Part shown: in pieces, positions 61,100-64,000 of the stretch
Layout: the number at the start of each line of letters is the position of its first letter
Numbering within the stretch: the first letter of the stretch is position 1
Assembly: GCA_965287045.1 (NCBI GenBank)
Contig: OZ336873.1
Span: 39,742,001-39,806,000, forward strand
DNA from: Carcharhinus amblyrhynchos
Lineage: Eukaryota
Direction of reading: 5' to 3'
DNA: 64,000 bases
The notes under the pieces: generated by a model
Told to the model about the DNA's origin: nothing
The model's database searches: none
The model's input: the letters and a program-made list of their open reading frames with translations, nothing else
Position numbers and translations under genes: made by a program

Positions 61100-63032
61100 G
61101 CAGCCTAATGGTAATGTCACTGGTCTAATAAGCCAGAGATCCTGGTTAAAGTTCTGGGGACATGAATTTGAATACCACCACAACAAGTGGTGAAATAATT
61201 TTGGAATTAAAAATTAGCCTCAGTAATGGTGACCATGAAACTATCATTGTCAGTTTTAAAAATCACCTGGTTTCATTAATGCCCTTTAGGGAAGAAAGTC
61301 TGCCACCCTTAGCTGGTCTAACCTACATGTGTCTCCAGACCCAAAGCAATGTGGTTGATATTATAATGCCCTATGAAATTACCTGGAAGGCACTTAGTTG
61401 TACCAACTGCTACAAAACTTGAAAAGGGAAAAAACAGATGGACCACCCAGCATCGATTTAAGTGTCAGAAACAACAACCAGAAATGCACCCAGCCTTGTT
61501 GATCCTACAGTGTCCCCTTTAATAACATCTAGTGGCTTTTACCAATTTGATTCATTCCATGTGATGTCAAAGAATGGCTGAAAGTACAGGATGCAGCAAA
61601 GGCTATGAATTCTGACAACATCCTGAAAGTAATACTGAAGCCTTGTGCTCCAGAACCAGCTGGGACCCCAGCCAAGCTATTCCAATACAGCTACAATACT
61701 GACATTTACCCATAAATATGTGTTTTGTCCAGGAATGATCTGTCTGGAAAAAGGACAATCCAATCCAGCCAATTATTACCCCATTAGTCTACTCTTGATC
61801 ATCAGAAAAATGATGGAAGGTGTCATTAACTAGTTTCAATTGGCATTTACATAGCAATAATTTGCTTATTGATGCTGAGTTTAGGTATCCACAGTGCCAC
61901 TCAGCTCCTGACCACATTATAGCTTTAGGCCAAACAAGCTGAGAATGCATGTGGCATCAGGGGATTCCAGCAAAATTGAAGTCAATTGGAATCATGTGGG
62001 AAGCTGTCCGCTAGTTGGAGTTGTATCTAACACAAATGAAGATACTTGTATTTGTTGGGGGTCAACTGTCTCAGTCCTACGACATGGTTACAGGAGTTCT
62101 TCAAGGTAGTATCCTGGGCCCAGCCATCCCCAGCTGCTTCGTCAATGACATTTTCTCCAGAAAAAGAGATGCTCGCTGATGACTGAATAAAATACATTAC
62201 CGTTCACAGCTCCTGAAATGCTGAAGCGGTCAGTGTTCATATGCAGAAAGACCTTTACAACATTCAGGAAAATAGATGGTACATAACAGTCATGCCACGG
62301 AAGTACCAGGCAATGATCATCTCCAACAAAAGTATGTAACCCTTTCCCTAAGACATTCATCAGTATTATTATTATTACTGAAACCCCACTGTCAACATCC
62401 TGGGGATTACCATTGACCAGAAGATGAACTGGACCAGCGTATATTTAATGTGACTACAGAAGCAAGTCAGAGGCTTGGAATTCTGTGGAGAGTAACTCAC
62501 CTCCTGTCTTCCCAAAACCTGTCAACTATCTACCAGGCACAAGTAAGAATTGTGATGGAATGCTCCTCACTTGGACTGGGTGAATGTAGCTCCAACAACA
62601 CTCCAGAAGCATGACACTGTCCAGGACAAAGCAGCCCACTGGATTGGCACTCCAACTACCACTTGTAATAGCAATGTGTACTATATACAAGATGCACTGC
62701 AGCAACTCATCAAGCTTCCTTCAACATCACTTTCATAACTGTGACTTTTATCATCAAGAAGGACAAGGGTAGCAGATGCATAGAAACACACGCGCTGCAA
62801 GTTCTCCTCAAAGTTACATACCATGCTGACTAAGAAATATATCGCTGTTACTTCAGTGTTGCTGAGTTGAAATCTTGGAGCACCATTACTAACAGCATAG
62901 TCAGTGTACCTATGCTAGATGGATTGCACTGATACAAGAAAATGGCTCATCACCTTCTCAAGGGCAATTAGGAATGGGTAAGAACACTGACCTTGTCAGT
63001 GATTCCAACCCCCCATGAAAGAATATAAAAAA
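61100..63032 (+). mobile_element. Decayed CR1/L2-group LINE with a tRNA-derived SINE-like 5' head and an internal deletion
   Basis: The head has A/B-box-like motifs (taatggtaatg; gaatttgaatacc). RT motifs are SNPANYYPISLLLIIRKMMEGVIN, GVLQGSILGP, LADD and ILGITIDQKMNWT. The 3' end is caagggcaattagg...gaatataaaaaa. Confidence 0.8.
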
Positions 63033-63199
63033 GGCACAGCACTTGTCACATATCACTGGTAACCATTAGCATGTCAAGAGGTCATATGGCATGATACTTG
63101 CCTGTCATCGTTTGAATGAAGTGCCCTGTCTCACAGATTGATTTCTTAAAAAGTGATACAATGCTTAAGGATTCGATGTGTAAAAAGATTAGATGTTTA

Positions 63200-63351
63200 G
63201 GGGATAATTAAAATCTAACTCCCCAGCCAAGTATCGCACCCCATCTCCTTCATTGACTTCAGTGAAGAATAAAATCCGTCAAAGTGTAGAACCAGCATTG
63301 CACTCAATCTTCTCCACCTCTCAGAGAGAAAATTAGGTTAAAATTGCCCCC
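63200..63351. mobile_element. Small MITE with imperfect TIRs (Harbinger-like)
   Basis: GGGGATAATTAAAATCTAACT at the left end and AATTAGGTTAAAATTGCCCC at the right end. Confidence 0.55.
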
Positions 63352-64000
63352 ATAATTACAATGTAGCCTGGCTGTAAATGTCCTTAGATTCTGTGTGAAT
63401 TCAAGAGGATTGTAACTGCTAGTTTTATTTATCATTAAGTAGTTGATTTGGGGACCCCCTCTCTGACAATCGTTTGTCTTAAAAATCTGTGAAGCAAGTA
63501 ATTCAAAAGAACTTAAAGAAACTCAATCAACTAGTTTGTCTGTCTAGCCTTTTCATAAACTGGCTCAAAGCGACCGTGTTTCTTGAATTGACTTTAACAA
63601 TTGGCTGTTACTGCTTTCAGTTATAAATTGACTTGAAGTGTGAATAAATGTGCCTGGTAATTTGGTCTACCAGAGAAGTGACTGACATAAATTATATTCA
63701 TCATTTGAAAAGAGTGAGTACATATTCTATTTGGCTTGTGATAGACAATAAATTGATCTATTCACAGAGGGACTTAAATCCAGATTATGCTTGCAGACAA
63801 GGCTTTGTTTCAACCTATAGGAAGTTTGACTATGGGAGCTAACTATTATAATTTTTGTAAAAAGAGTTGCACTTGGGATACAGAACACACAGGGTTAAAG
63901 ACAACAGTGCATCTCAAAATAAGTATGTCTATACTTTCAAAGACCTAGCACAGGCACAATGGGCCAAATGGCATCCTGTTGTGAGACTCTGTGTTTCTGC

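Noticed and set aside
48050-64000. Search for the FTO last coding exon (CQSR...PLPFDL)
   Set aside because: Not found. This is consistent with a very long final intron extending beyond the window.

Overview
Eukaryotic (vertebrate) genomic DNA. The repeat families (HER1/CR1-type LINEs, HE1-like V-SINEs, DeuSINE, Penelope pLTRs) point to a shark, by inference. The window lies inside the FTO gene on the + strand. Two coding exons are present: 16888-17007 (120 bp, exon 7 equivalent) and 47925-48049 (125 bp, exon 8 equivalent). Both have canonical AG/GT sites and match the human exon sizes and phases. Everything else is intron. It holds young and ancient CR1, L2 and RTE LINEs, SINEs, two Gypsy LTR relics, a two-gene Harbinger relic with a nested hAT MITE, and Penelope-like elements with minimal hammerhead ribozyme motifs. 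There is also a ~1.8 kb 33-bp minisatellite that has captured an inverted copy of neighbouring unique DNA, several long inverted repeats, and TE-poor blocks that are candidate IRX3/IRX5 long-range enhancers. Nearly all ORFs in the supplied track are TE remnants or spurious. I cannot demonstrate a new biological system from sequence alone. The most unusual objects are the TSD-flanked fold-back element with a hammerhead on each strand (60812-61088), the minisatellite with its templated inverted insertion, the 750-bp fold-back at 11.6-12.4 kb, and a tRNA-headed LINE.
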